Source: Halomicronema hongdechloris C2206 (GTDB lineage Bacteria > Cyanobacteriota > Cyanobacteriia > Phormidesmidales > Phormidesmidaceae). From it: a stretch of DNA of 32,000 nucleotides. Shown piece after piece: positions 8,264 to 17,990 of the stretch; within the stretch, counting starts at the first letter, position 1, and the number at the start of each line of letters is the position of its first letter. The stretch is taken from assembly GCF_002075285.3 (NCBI RefSeq), contig NZ_CP021983.2, forward strand, positions 2,940,001 through 2,972,000, written 5' to 3'. Below the pieces are notes generated by a model. It did no database searches and was not told where the DNA came from. It saw nothing but the letters and a program-made list of their open reading frames with translations. Made by a program: the position numbers and the translations under genes.

Positions 8264-9592
8264 ATGGCCCCCCTCGATATCCTGATCCTCTCCAATGGTC
8301 CTGGTGAAGTGTCCACCTGGGTACGCCCGGTGGTCAAAGCCCTACGGCAAAAACTCCCCAATCACCACCAAGCTCGCATCTCCGTAGTGCTCTCTCCCTG
8401 TACCAATGCCTCCGGCCGGGAAGCTGCCATTGTTCGCAGTTATGACGAAGTCGACCGGGTCCAGGCCGCCAGCCACTTCTACCCCTTCTTGCTCTGGGGC
8501 AAAACCGCCGATAACTGGGATTGGCATTCCAGAGGCGTAGTCATCTTCCTCGGGGGAGATCAGCTCTATCCCGTTATCATTGGCAGGCGTCTGGGCTATG
8601 CCACCGTCGTCTATGCCGAATGGGAAGCACGCTGGCACCGCTGGATAGATTACTTCGCCTGCATGACCGCCAGGATTCGAGAGCGGGTAGCACCAACCCT
8701 GAGGTCCAAATTCACCGTGGTGGGAGACCTAATGGCCGATATCCATCAATCTGCCCAAGCCACCGCTACGGTACAGTCTGCTCTCAGCCTCCCCGCCAAT
8801 ACCGAGTTGATCGGCCTCCTGCCCGGATCTAAGGCCAATAAACTCATCCTAGGCGTCCCTCTAGCCCTAGCTACCGCCGAAGCCATCTGGCGCCGCCGTC
8901 CCCAGACCCGCTTTGTCATACCCGTGGCGCCTCATTTATCCCTGGCCCAGCTGGCTCGCTATGGCAACCCAAGCCAGAATCCATATATCGACCCTGGTCA
9001 ACGGCACCCCCCAGCCACCCACCCTGATAGGAGGCAGACTCACCACGACCGCGCCTCCGCACCCCGGGGTCTTGAGGTCGATCTATGGACTCCTTTTCCT
9101 GCCTATGATCTACTCAGCAGTGCCGCCCCTGCCTCACACAACGGGGCCAACACAGCGGAGCTCGGGGCCTTAGGCATCCCCATGATCGTATTGCTGCCGA
9201 CTCAAAAGCTAGATGCCATGCGAGCCTGGGATGGCATTCCTGGCCTATTGGCCAACTTACCCCTCCTGGGCAGCCCCATGGCCAAAGCCATTAATGCCCT
9301 AGCACTGCGGCAAATCCTTAGAGAAGGGCGCCTATTTGCCTGGCCCAATCTCTGGGCTGGGCGAGAAATTGTCCCAGAGCTGATCGGCCGCCTTACCCCC
9401 AACCAGATCGCCGAGCAGGCCCTGACCTGGCTGGAGCACCCCAGCAGCACCTGGATTGCAATTCAGCACGAACTCCGGTCCGTGCGGGGACAGCCTGGGG
9501 CAGCTATTAAACTGGCCGACCTAGTTTTGCAGGCAGTAAACTACCAAGAGACTTCGCCACCGAATCCCCATGTCTCTAACCTATCCCCCTAG
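8264..9592 (+). pseudogene. Lipid-A-disaccharide synthase (LpxB)-related protein, cyanobacterial type; two compensated frame excursions
   Basis: Conserved pieces are ILILSNGPGEVSTWVRPV, LLPGSK and GANTAELGALGIPMIVLLPTQKLDAMRAWDGIPG. Between about 8987 and 9065 the conserved reading (STLVNGTPQPPTLIGGRL) is in another frame (track ORF 8913..9173). Between about 9118 and 9139 the expected LLSQCRPCLT motif is also out of frame. Confidence 0.7.
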
Positions 9593-11627
9593 TCCTAGCA
9601 GTGACCATGTCGATACTTATCACGGCGTAGAGATCGCCGACCCTATCGCTGGTTAGAAGACCCCAACTCACAGAGCAAACCCGCCAGTGGATTGACGCCC
9701 AGAATCAGGTCACCTTCGACTATCTGGCCCAGTTACCAGGGCGAGAGCAGATTCGTCAGCGCCTTACCGAGGCTGTGGAATTACGAGCGCTCACAGCGTT
9801 CCCTTCCAACGCGGCGGGCGCTACTTCTATTACAAAAATGACGGCTTGCAGAATCAGAGCGTGCTCTACACCTTGCCTCGGTTAGAGTCAGAGCCTAGGG
9901 TGCTGTTGGATCCCAATGCCCTCTCGGAAGATGGCACCGTTGCCCTCAGCGGCATCGCTGTCAGCGAAGATGGGACCTACCTGGCCTATGGCATCTCTAC
10001 GGCCGGCTCCGATTGGGTGGACTGGAAGGTACGGCAGATCGAGACCGGTGAAGATTTAGCGGATCACCTGCAGTGGGTTAAGTTTTCTGGGGCCTCTTGG
10101 ACCCATGATCACCAAGGGTTCTTCTACAGCCGCTACGACGAACCCGACGAGACCACCAAGCTTGAGGCCGTTAACTATTACCAAAAACTCTATTACCATC
10201 GGGTTGGCACTCCCCAAAGCCAAGATGAGCTGATATACCATCGTCCCGACCAGAAGGAATGGGGCTTCAGTGGCCAGGTCACCGATGATGGCCGCTATCT
10301 AATCATCTATGTCTGGCGCGGTACCGATCCCCGCAACTTGCTCTTCTATAAGGATCTGCGTCAGCCCGACAGTCCGGTCGTAGAGGTGATCTCCAAGTTT
10401 GAGGCCGAGTTTAGTGTCATCGACAACGATGGGGCTCTACTGTGGGTGCAAACTGATTGGCAAGCCCCCCGGGGCCGGATAGTGGCCATCGACCTCGATC
10501 ACCCCCAACCAGAGCAGTGGCAAGAGCTGATCCCAGAGACGACCCAGACGCTGCAGAGCGTCAGTATCTTGAATCACCAGTTTGTGGCCGTTTATTTACA
10601 GGATGCCTATAACACTGTGCGCAGCTTCGATCTCAGCGGCCAGTTTATTCGAGATCTGGCCCTGCCAGGTATCGGTTCGGTCGGGGGTTTTGACGGTCGA
10701 CGGCGAGATACGGAAACGTTTTATGGCTTCACTAGCTTCACCGCACCGACGACGATCTACCGCTACGATTTGACCACGGGAGCCAGCGAGTTATTTCGTC
10801 AGCCCCAGATAGCCTTTAATCCGGCAGATTACACCACTGAGCAGGTGTTTTACACCAGCCAGGATGGCACCCGCATTCCCATGTTTATTACCCGCAAGCG
10901 GGGGACAGAGCCCCATGGCCAAACCCCCACCCTACTCTACGGCTATGGAGGCTTTAGCATTTCCCTAACACCTACCTTTTCAGTCAGTAATCTAGTGTGG
11001 TTAGAGTTAGGCGGCATTTATGCCGTGCCTAATTTGCGTGGCGGCGGCGAGTATGGAGAAGAGTGGCATCGGGCCGGCACTAAGCTTCAGAAACAGACCG
11101 TTTTTGATGATTTCATTGCCGCTGCCGAATGGTTGATTGCAGCTGGCTATACCCGTTCTCAAACGCTGGCCATCATGGGCGGTAGCAATGGTGGATTGCT
11201 GGTAGGGGCTTGCATGACCCAGCGTCCGGATCTTTTCGCAGCGGTGCTACCGGCAGTGGGGGTGATGGATATGCTCCGGTTCAATCAGTTCACTATCGGC
11301 TGGGCCTGGGAATCTGACTATGGCTCTCCCCAGGATTCAGAGGAATTTAAGGCCCTCTATAGCTATTCGCCGCTGCATAATCTACAACCGGGAACGGCCT
11401 ATCCCGCCACCTTGATTACAACGGCCGACCACGACGACCGGGTAGTACCGGCCCACAGTTTTAAGTTTGCAGCAGCGTTGCAGGCAGCTCAGGGAGGAGA
11501 GGCTCCTGTCTTGATTCGCATTGAGACTCAGGCTGGCCATGGGGCCGGTAAACCCACCACCAAGGTGATTGAGGAAGTAGCTGACAAATGGGCTTTCTTA
11601 GCAGCCAACCTGAAGATGCCTCTCTAA
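9570..11627 (+). pseudogene. Prolyl oligopeptidase (S9A family); first ~230 nt broken by four frame changes, remainder intact
   Basis: The track ORF 9846..11627 carries the beta-propeller and the catalytic domain (GGSNGGLL nucleophile elbow, ADHDDRV, GHGAGKP). The N-terminus MSLTYPPSPSSDHVDTYHGVEIADPYRWLEDPNSQEQTRQWIDAQNQVTFDYLAQLPGREQIRQRLTELWNYERYSVPFQRGGRYFYYKNDGLQNQ can be read only by changing frame near 9643, 9673, 9772 and 9792. Confidence 0.9.
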
Positions 11628-11642
11628 GATACCTCTCTAAAC

Positions 11643-13403
11643 CTAGGGCCGGATCAGATGACGGTGGGTGCGTTGCTGATGAGCGATGATTCGGGCTCGA
11701 CGCAGCGGCTCTTGTATCAGGTGGGTACCCAGGCTAAGGCTGAGCAGGGTCAGCAAGGCCAGGATTTCTGGCCGCATCAGACCGATGGTTAACCCTAAAC
11801 TGAGGCTACAGCCCAGGGCCATGGTTAAGAGGGCCAAGCGGATGGCAAATCCTGGACTCAGATAGCGGTTGATCAGGGCCTCTACAGTCATCCCCAGGGC
11901 AATGCCTGCAATCCAGCCACTGGCTAGGCCAACGCCACCGCCTAGCAAGATCTCCGTCAGGCTGCCACCGATGGCTCCAGCCATCGACCAAGCCACTAGG
12001 AAAGTGATCAGCCCCACCCCACCGCCAGCGATGATACTGGCATTGGCGCTGATGGTTGCTCCCGTAGTGGCCAAGGTCCAACCGGCGATCTCAAAGCCTG
12101 CGGCAGTGCCTGCGGCAGTGCCAAAGCTAGCCAGGGCTAGGTTGCCGTCCACCGCTAAAGGATTGCCCACAAACCAATACACGCCACGATACAAAAACAA
12201 GGCAAATAGAAACAGGAGGCTGAGGGACTGCCAATAGGTCTGGCTTTTTTGCGCCAGGACTGAGGCGGTGCGGACTTGCAGGGGTAGGGTATAGGCCTCG
12301 GGCAGGGCATTGCTGGTTAAGCGCAAGGTGCGCTCATAGAGGCGATCTGGCATCAATCGACCGACGTCTACAGTAATCTGACAGTCGATGCGGTTGCCGG
12401 CAAAGCTGGCTGGCTGAACGCTAATCCAGGGATGCCGTTGGAGGTCCGACGGCCCATCGCTGGGGTGGGGCTCTATGGTCCAGGTGCCCTGCAACGTGGT
12501 CTCGGGAATGGGGTTATGAATATGTAGAGAATGGGTTAACGTTTGACGGCTCTGGGTAGCTGCCAGTTGGATGGTGGCTGTGCTGAGATGCACTTTGGGA
12601 GAATAAATCGCACAGTTGGGGACGGCCTCTAAAGCGGTGACAGCGTTGCTATATCGATCCTTCAGCCGAGGTTCTACCAGCCGCTCTAGCCAATTGATCC
12701 AGGGCCGATTCACGGTGGGTAAGAGATGCTTAAACTTGACTCGATAGCTGATGTCGACCAGATCACCAATGGCGTCGGGCTGAGTCTTGGTCAACAGACA
12801 GACCAGGGTCATGCCCAGGCCATAGAGATCAGAGGCTTCGGTTAGGGCCCGGTTGAAGAGCTGCTCGGGTGGCATGAACCCCAGGGTACCCTTGACGACG
12901 CTGCTAACCCCCACTTCTCCGTCGCCGATGCGGGCAAAGCCAAAGTCCACTAGATATACCCGCAAGTGATCGTCTACCAGAATGTTGTCGGGTTTGATAT
13001 CGCGATGGATCACAGGGGGAAATCGCGATTGCAGGTAGACCAGAATTTCCAGCAGTGCGATCGCAAGTTGTCTCACCTCCGCCGGGCCGAAACTACGGGT
13101 GGCACTCAGGGGGCGGGCCTGCTTATATTCCTGCACCATGCAAAAGCCGTTATCGGTCTGGAAGCTATCTAGATAGCGAGGAATGCCAGGATGGTTGAGG
13201 GAGCGTAACACCTCAATTTCCCGTTCATGGGCCTCTAGATCTGACCAGGCTGTGGTTTGGGCAAATTGGAACTGCTTAATCACTACCTCGGTGCAGTGGT
13301 TGCAGTCTTGGGCTAGGTATGTCACCCGGCCACCGGCTCGATTACAGCCAAGCACATCCGTCAGGGTATACCCGTAGGGGGTGAAATCAGGGAAATCGGT
13401 CAT
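11643..13403 (-). CDS. Hanks-type Ser/Thr protein kinase with a C-terminal Gly/Ala-rich multi-TM domain
   Basis: Kinase motifs are VVIKQF (VAIK-like), HRDIKPDNILV, DFGFA and GTLGFMPPE. A central soluble domain follows. The last ~200 aa contain several hydrophobic Gly-zipper-like segments (AGGGVGLITFLVAWSMAGAIGG, LLGGGVGLASGWIAGIALG). Confidence 0.85.
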   Translation of the reverse strand: MTDFPDFTPYGYTLTDVLGCNRAGGRVTYLAQDCNHCTEVVIKQFQFAQTTAWSDLEAHEREIEVLRSLNHPGIPRYLDSFQTDNGFCMVQEYKQARPLSATRSFGPAEVRQLAIALLEILVYLQSRFPPVIHRDIKPDNILVDDHLRVYLVDFGFARIGDGEVGVSSVVKGTLGFMPPEQLFNRALTEASDLYGLGMTLVCLLTKTQPDAIGDLVDISYRVKFKHLLPTVNRPWINWLERLVEPRLKDRYSNAVTALEAVPNCAIYSPKVHLSTATIQLAATQSRQTLTHSLHIHNPIPETTLQGTWTIEPHPSDGPSDLQRHPWISVQPASFAGNRIDCQITVDVGRLMPDRLYERTLRLTSNALPEAYTLPLQVRTASVLAQKSQTYWQSLSLLFLFALFLYRGVYWFVGNPLAVDGNLALASFGTAAGTAAGFEIAGWTLATTGATISANASIIAGGGVGLITFLVAWSMAGAIGGSLTEILLGGGVGLASGWIAGIALGMTVEALINRYLSPGFAIRLALLTMALGCSLSLGLTIGLMRPEILALLTLLSLSLGTHLIQEPLRRARIIAHQQRTHRHLIRP

Positions 13404-13655
13404 AGTTTAGTCGCAGGAATTTAGGTGATGCTCCCCAAGGACAAACGAGATCAACATTGACGACTCTATAAGACAGATCACTCCGTAAAAATTACTAAAA
13501 GAATAGCCTGTCCTCGATTTTTGCGCCGTCGATTCATAAACCCTTTAAATTTAGACGCCGGACTGCCAGCAAGACGACAACCGATGCCCTGAAGCAGACA
13601 CTCTCAACACCGGCACAAAAAGTTTTCGCAAATCTTTGGCAAATTTCTCGGAGAC

Positions 13656-13669
13656 GATGCGATCGCATC
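13656..13669. repeat. HIP1 (GCGATCGC) site embedded in the 14-nt palindrome GATGCGATCGCATC; representative of 16 HIP1 copies
   Basis: Exact GCGATCGC starts at 2193, 2467, 3805, 5434, 6423, 7842, 13057, 13659, 16200, 18910, 20624, 21351, 21806, 23785, 26665 and 29368. The 14-nt extended palindrome recurs at 29365-29378. Confidence 0.9.
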
Positions 13670-13729
13670 AGTAGTATCGAAGGAAGATTAACTGTGTTTT
13701 TAATCCTGTTGCCCCTGGCATTAGCCATA

Positions 13730-13757
13730 GCAACCGCTGCAAAGGCTGTGCGGTTGC
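13730..13757 (+). promoter_or_regulatory. Perfect 8-bp stem hairpin in the long wza upstream region
   Basis: GCAACCGC (13730-13737) pairs with GCGGTTGC (13750-13757) across a 12-nt loop. Function unknown. Confidence 0.2.
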
Positions 13758-13840
13758 AGACCAGTCTCTCCCCTTAGACCCGGCAGTTGAGCGATGAGCC
13801 GTGTCCTAGGCTGACTGGTGAACGCTGTATCAGCATCGCA

Positions 13841-13862
13841 ATTAAGGCTTAATTAAGGCTTA
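13841..13862 (+). repeat. 11-nt perfect tandem duplication ATTAAGGCTTA x2 directly upstream of the wza-like start
   Basis: Copies at 13841-13851 and 13852-13862. The AAGG of the second copy lies 8 nt before ATG 13867, so the putative RBS is duplicated. Confidence 0.9.
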
Positions 13863-13866
13863 GCAA

Positions 13867-15327
13867 ATGGCCCGGATGACTTCTTACCGACTCTTTCCCC
13901 CCCAGCTCATGTCCCCCCTGGCAGGGCTAACCCTGTTGACTTTTGTTGCTGTATCATTGCCGGCAACGGCCAGCCTGCCTAGCCAGCGAGCTACCCCACC
14001 GCCGCCGCCACCATCGACCCTTGAGTCAGCCTATCGTCTGGGGGCAGGCGACCGGATCCGCATCGATATCTTTCGGGTGCCGCAGTATAGCGGTGAGCAC
14101 GACCTGCTAGTAGATGGGTCCATCAATTTGCCCGTCGCCGGCAGCGTTGATCTAGCCGGCCTCACCCTCGACCAAGCCTCTGAGGCCATTGCCATTGCCT
14201 ACAGCAACATTCTGCGTCGTCCCCGCATCACGGTTTCCCTGGTCACTCCACGGCCGCTGCGCATCGGGATTGCCGGTGAAGTTACCGAACCTGGTTCCTA
14301 CACCCTCAACAGCGGCGAGACACCTACCATCACCGCATTACTAGAGGCTGCCGGCGGGCTGACTCAAATGGCAGATTTGCGGCAAGTGCAAATCTATCGA
14401 TCCCAACGGTTTGGCCCCAATCAAATTATTAATGTTAACCTGTGGCAGCTATTACAAACCGGGGACTTGCGCTACGACGTTACCCTACGGGATGGAGATA
14501 CGGTAAGGGTGCCCACCGCCGCATCCCTCAATCTAGCCGAAGCCCTGCAAATGTCTACCGCCAGCTTTGCCTCCAATGAGAGTCGCCCCCTGAATGTCGC
14601 CGTCGTCGGCGAGGTCTTTCGCCCCGGTCCTTATACTGTCACCGGCACCGCTCGCACTGGGGCCGCAGGCGTGCCTGGCGGTGGTGGCGGCACCGCGATT
14701 CCCCCTACCGTCACCCGGGCCATTCAGGTGGCGGGGGGGATTCGTCCCATGGCCAACATTCGCGACATTCAAATTCGTCGCCAAACCCGCACCGCCGGTG
14801 AACAAACCATCGCCGTCAACCTGTGGCAACTGCTGCAGACCGGGGACTTAACCCAAGATATTGTCCTGCAGGAAGGCGACACGGTGATTGTGCCAACTGC
14901 TACCGCCATCGACGAAGAGGAAGCGGCTCAAATTGCTGCTGCTAGCTTCTCGCCGGACACGGTGAAAGTTAACGTCGTCGGAGAAGTGGGTCGACCCGGC
15001 ATCATCGAGGTGGCGCCCAATACCCCCTTGAATCAGGCCTTACTGGCCGCCGGTGGGTTCAACAATCGCGCCAGCCGGGGCGAGGTTGATCTGGTTCGCT
15101 TGAATCCAGATGGCACCGTTGAGCAGCGGGAGATTCCAGTTGATTTTACCCAGGGACTTGACGACGAAACTAATCCACCGATACGGAACAACGATGTCAT
15201 TATTGTGGGGCGCTCTACCCCCGCCACCATCGGCGACACCTTAGACACCATTGCTCGTCCCATCAGCAGTGCCATCTCCCTGTTTACGATTCCCTTAACC
15301 CTGTTGCGTTTATTTGAATCGTTTTAG
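13867..15327 (+). CDS. wza: Polysaccharide export protein, Wza/KpsD-like (Poly_export domain plus repeated SLBB domains)
   Basis: There is an N-terminal signal-like helix. YRLGAGDRIRIDIF ... DGSINLPVAGSVDLAGLT is the Poly_export motif. Three SLBB-like repeats follow, each with GEV..PG.Y and LWQLLQTGDL...L..GDTV.VP. Confidence 0.85.
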   Translation: MARMTSYRLFPPQLMSPLAGLTLLTFVAVSLPATASLPSQRATPPPPPPSTLESAYRLGAGDRIRIDIFRVPQYSGEHDLLVDGSINLPVAGSVDLAGLTLDQASEAIAIAYSNILRRPRITVSLVTPRPLRIGIAGEVTEPGSYTLNSGETPTITALLEAAGGLTQMADLRQVQIYRSQRFGPNQIINVNLWQLLQTGDLRYDVTLRDGDTVRVPTAASLNLAEALQMSTASFASNESRPLNVAVVGEVFRPGPYTVTGTARTGAAGVPGGGGGTAIPPTVTRAIQVAGGIRPMANIRDIQIRRQTRTAGEQTIAVNLWQLLQTGDLTQDIVLQEGDTVIVPTATAIDEEEAAQIAAASFSPDTVKVNVVGEVGRPGIIEVAPNTPLNQALLAAGGFNNRASRGEVDLVRLNPDGTVEQREIPVDFTQGLDDETNPPIRNNDVIIVGRSTPATIGDTLDTIARPISSAISLFTIPLTLLRLFESF

Positions 15328-15609
15328 TGATAGGGCTCTCTGTGCCGATGCTTTCTTCCATGCCATTAGACGCCATACCAGCAAGAATCCTCGAACCCTG
15401 TGGCGCTTACAGGGACCGTCAATTGTCGAGTCCAGCTAGAGACCTGGGCATTTCTACCAGTCACTCTCTAGGTCTGAACTTAGATCAGGTTTGTCACGTA
15501 CTCCCAGGGATATGCTGTGGTTGCCCAAGGGTCTATATGCCACTATTAACCCATAGGGGGTGTCGACTATCGCCGTTAGCCAGTAGGGTCTAGTCAGGTA
15601 ACTACTTCC

Positions 15610-17871
15610 ATGAATGCTGATTCATCACTACCAGTCACTGCTGAAAAATCCTTTTTGCCCAATCGCTCTGACGATGAGGGGGGAATAGATTTAGGGCAAA
15701 TCATCGACGCCATTCGACGGCGGCTGCTACTAGTAGCAGGGGTGACTACGGTAGTAGCTTCGGCAGCGGTGCTGAAAGCCTTAACGGACACCCCCATCTA
15801 TGAGGCGAGCTTTGAGATTCTGACCAATCCAGTCACCCTGGAAACCCGCATCATTTCTGCGGCCAACCCGCAAACATTAAGTAACCAACAGGATGTGGTG
15901 GCCGTATCCGTAGATGAAGCCAAACTCAAAATCCTCAAGAGTCCTAAGGTCATTGATCCAGTCGTCGAAGAATTGCAGGAGACGTTCCCGGCCATAGACT
16001 ATGGAGATGTCGCCCGCGGGTTGACAGTTCAGCCCACGTCCCAAGACATTCTGACTGTCACCTATCAGCATCCGGATCCAGCGGTGGTGACAGCTGTGCT
16101 GGATGTGGTTGAAGATGCTTTCCTGCAGTTCAGCCTAGAGGAGCGCCAACGGGACATTCTACGCGGGATTGATTTCGTCGATGAGCAACTACCCCAGTTG
16201 CGATCGCGTGTCGATGCCTTACAGTCTCAACTCGAAGCACTACGGCGGCAGTACAATCTGATTGATCCAGAAGCTCAGGGGCAGCAACTAACCCAACAAA
16301 TCAGCAGTTTTTCCCAAGAGCGCCTCGACATTCGGGTACAGCTCAACGAAGCCAAGCTGCTGTACGACAATTTAGATCAACAACTGGACCAGCAGGGAGA
16401 GCTCGCGGCCGCTTCATTGCTGAATGAAAATCCCCGGTACCAGAGCCTACTGGATAAGCTCCTAGAAATCGATACCCAACTCGCCGAAGATTCGGTGCTT
16501 TTCATGGGAGAGAGTCCTGAAATCCAGTATTTACGGGAGCAGCGGCAACAGCTCTTACCCCTGTTAGCCCAGGAAGGGCAACGGACAGAACGGCAGTTAG
16601 TGTCAATGATTCGGGAACTGGAAACCCGCGATCAAGCTCTGGGGCAGGCCATTGATCAGCTCAACCAGCGCATGAAAGTGTTGTCATCGGTAGCCCGACG
16701 CTACAGCGATATTCAGCGGGAATTGCAAATTGCCACCGAAAACCTCAACCAGTTCCTGTCTAAGCGAGAAGCCCTCCGCATCGATGCGGCCCAGCGGCAA
16801 ACGCCCTGGGAATTGCTGAGTCAACCCGGTAATCCGCGGGCCTCTGCCGCCAGCGTGAAGCGCAACTTACTGTTGGGCAGCGTCTTGGGCGTGCTTCTAG
16901 GCATTGGGGCAGCCTTGCTGATAGATCGCCTCAGCAGTGTGATCTACACCCCGAAAGAGCTGAAATCCCTGAGCAAGTTACCGTTGCTGGGGGTCATTCC
17001 CTTCAACGAATATCTAGAGCGCTACGGCCCTGCAGCCAGTGTAGCTACCCGTCTGCGTCAGGCTGGGTACATTCTCAACATCACCAACAAAGCAGACGAA
17101 CAGGAGCAAAGCCAGGCCTCTACCCCATTTATTGAATCGTTCCGCTCCCTCTATGCCAGTCTGCGGTTACTCAATCCCGATCGCTCTTTGACCTCTTTGA
17201 CAGTGAGCTCGGCTACTCCCGGTGCCGGTAAGACAACGGTATGTCTCCACTTGGGACAGGCGGCAGCAGCCATGGGGCGGCGAGTATTACTCGTGGATAC
17301 AGATTTACGCCGTCCCAGTTTGCACAAGAAAATTGGCATGAAAAACGCCAAAGGCCTGACTGATTATATTGCCTCTCCGGAACTCTCCATTGAAGAGGTG
17401 ACTCAGCCAGTTCCCCTGGATGACAATCTCTCTATCATCACGGCTGGCTCTCTACCACCAGATCCCACGAAGGTGTTGTCCTCTCGTCGCATGGAGGAAT
17501 TCATCGGCATGGTCAACCAGCAGTTTGATTTGGTCATTTACGATACGCCACCGTTGCTGGGCTTTGCCGATGCCTTTTTAACCGGGGTTCACAGCAATGG
17601 CTTTCTCATGGTGGTGGGCTTGGGTAAGGTGAAGCGCACCGTCTTCCAGCAGGCCCTAGAAGACTTGAAAGTGTCGATGATTCCGGTGTTGGGGCTGGTA
17701 GCCAATGGAGCGAAAGAGGACCAGATGGCCTCATCCTACAGTTATTATCAGTACTATACCCAAGACGAGGCACTCCCATCCCAAACCAATGGCGCATTGA
17801 AAACGGAACCGGCGGGATTGCTTAAGTCCCTCAAGGATTTGCCGATTGTGAAGTCCATGACCAAGAAGTGA
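15610..17871 (+). CDS. wzc: Polysaccharide co-polymerase / BY-type tyrosine autokinase (Wzc/GumC-like)
   Basis: An N-terminal TM and Wzz-like domain are followed by long coiled coils and a second TM (LLLGSVLGVLLGIGAALLI). The C-terminal P-loop kinase has SSATPGAGKTT (Walker A), VLLVDTDLRRP, LVIYDTPP and a terminal Tyr cluster SSYSYYQYYTQ. Confidence 0.9.
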   Translation: MNADSSLPVTAEKSFLPNRSDDEGGIDLGQIIDAIRRRLLLVAGVTTVVASAAVLKALTDTPIYEASFEILTNPVTLETRIISAANPQTLSNQQDVVAVSVDEAKLKILKSPKVIDPVVEELQETFPAIDYGDVARGLTVQPTSQDILTVTYQHPDPAVVTAVLDVVEDAFLQFSLEERQRDILRGIDFVDEQLPQLRSRVDALQSQLEALRRQYNLIDPEAQGQQLTQQISSFSQERLDIRVQLNEAKLLYDNLDQQLDQQGELAAASLLNENPRYQSLLDKLLEIDTQLAEDSVLFMGESPEIQYLREQRQQLLPLLAQEGQRTERQLVSMIRELETRDQALGQAIDQLNQRMKVLSSVARRYSDIQRELQIATENLNQFLSKREALRIDAAQRQTPWELLSQPGNPRASAASVKRNLLLGSVLGVLLGIGAALLIDRLSSVIYTPKELKSLSKLPLLGVIPFNEYLERYGPAASVATRLRQAGYILNITNKADEQEQSQASTPFIESFRSLYASLRLLNPDRSLTSLTVSSATPGAGKTTVCLHLGQAAAAMGRRVLLVDTDLRRPSLHKKIGMKNAKGLTDYIASPELSIEEVTQPVPLDDNLSIITAGSLPPDPTKVLSSRRMEEFIGMVNQQFDLVIYDTPPLLGFADAFLTGVHSNGFLMVVGLGKVKRTVFQQALEDLKVSMIPVLGLVANGAKEDQMASSYSYYQYYTQDEALPSQTNGALKTEPAGLLKSLKDLPIVKSMTKK

Positions 17872-17990
17872 GTCAGGGCACCCATAATTCTTGAGACAAT
17901 TCATGGCTCTAGTGGACTCAGAAGTCGGGCGCTAAGGGAAATTTGAGTATTTGACGGCAGCCATGACTCGGTTCAAGATGAGCGTAGTAG

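Noticed and set aside
11806-12237. ORFs on both strands inside the kinase C-terminal region (11806..12081 -, 11869..12237 +)
   Set aside because: They are alternative-frame shadows of the Gly/Ala-rich TM-coding segment. The kinase frame is continuous and coherent.
13534-13728. 64-aa minus-strand ORF in the kinase/wza divergent region
   Set aside because: It has no RBS and a basic low-complexity translation, and it lies in AT-richer promoter-like DNA.
15327-15593. 88-aa ORF filling the wza-wzc spacer
   Set aside because: It has a non-canonical start, a Cys/Pro/Arg-rich translation without motifs, and no RBS. I treat the region as a 282-nt intergenic spacer.
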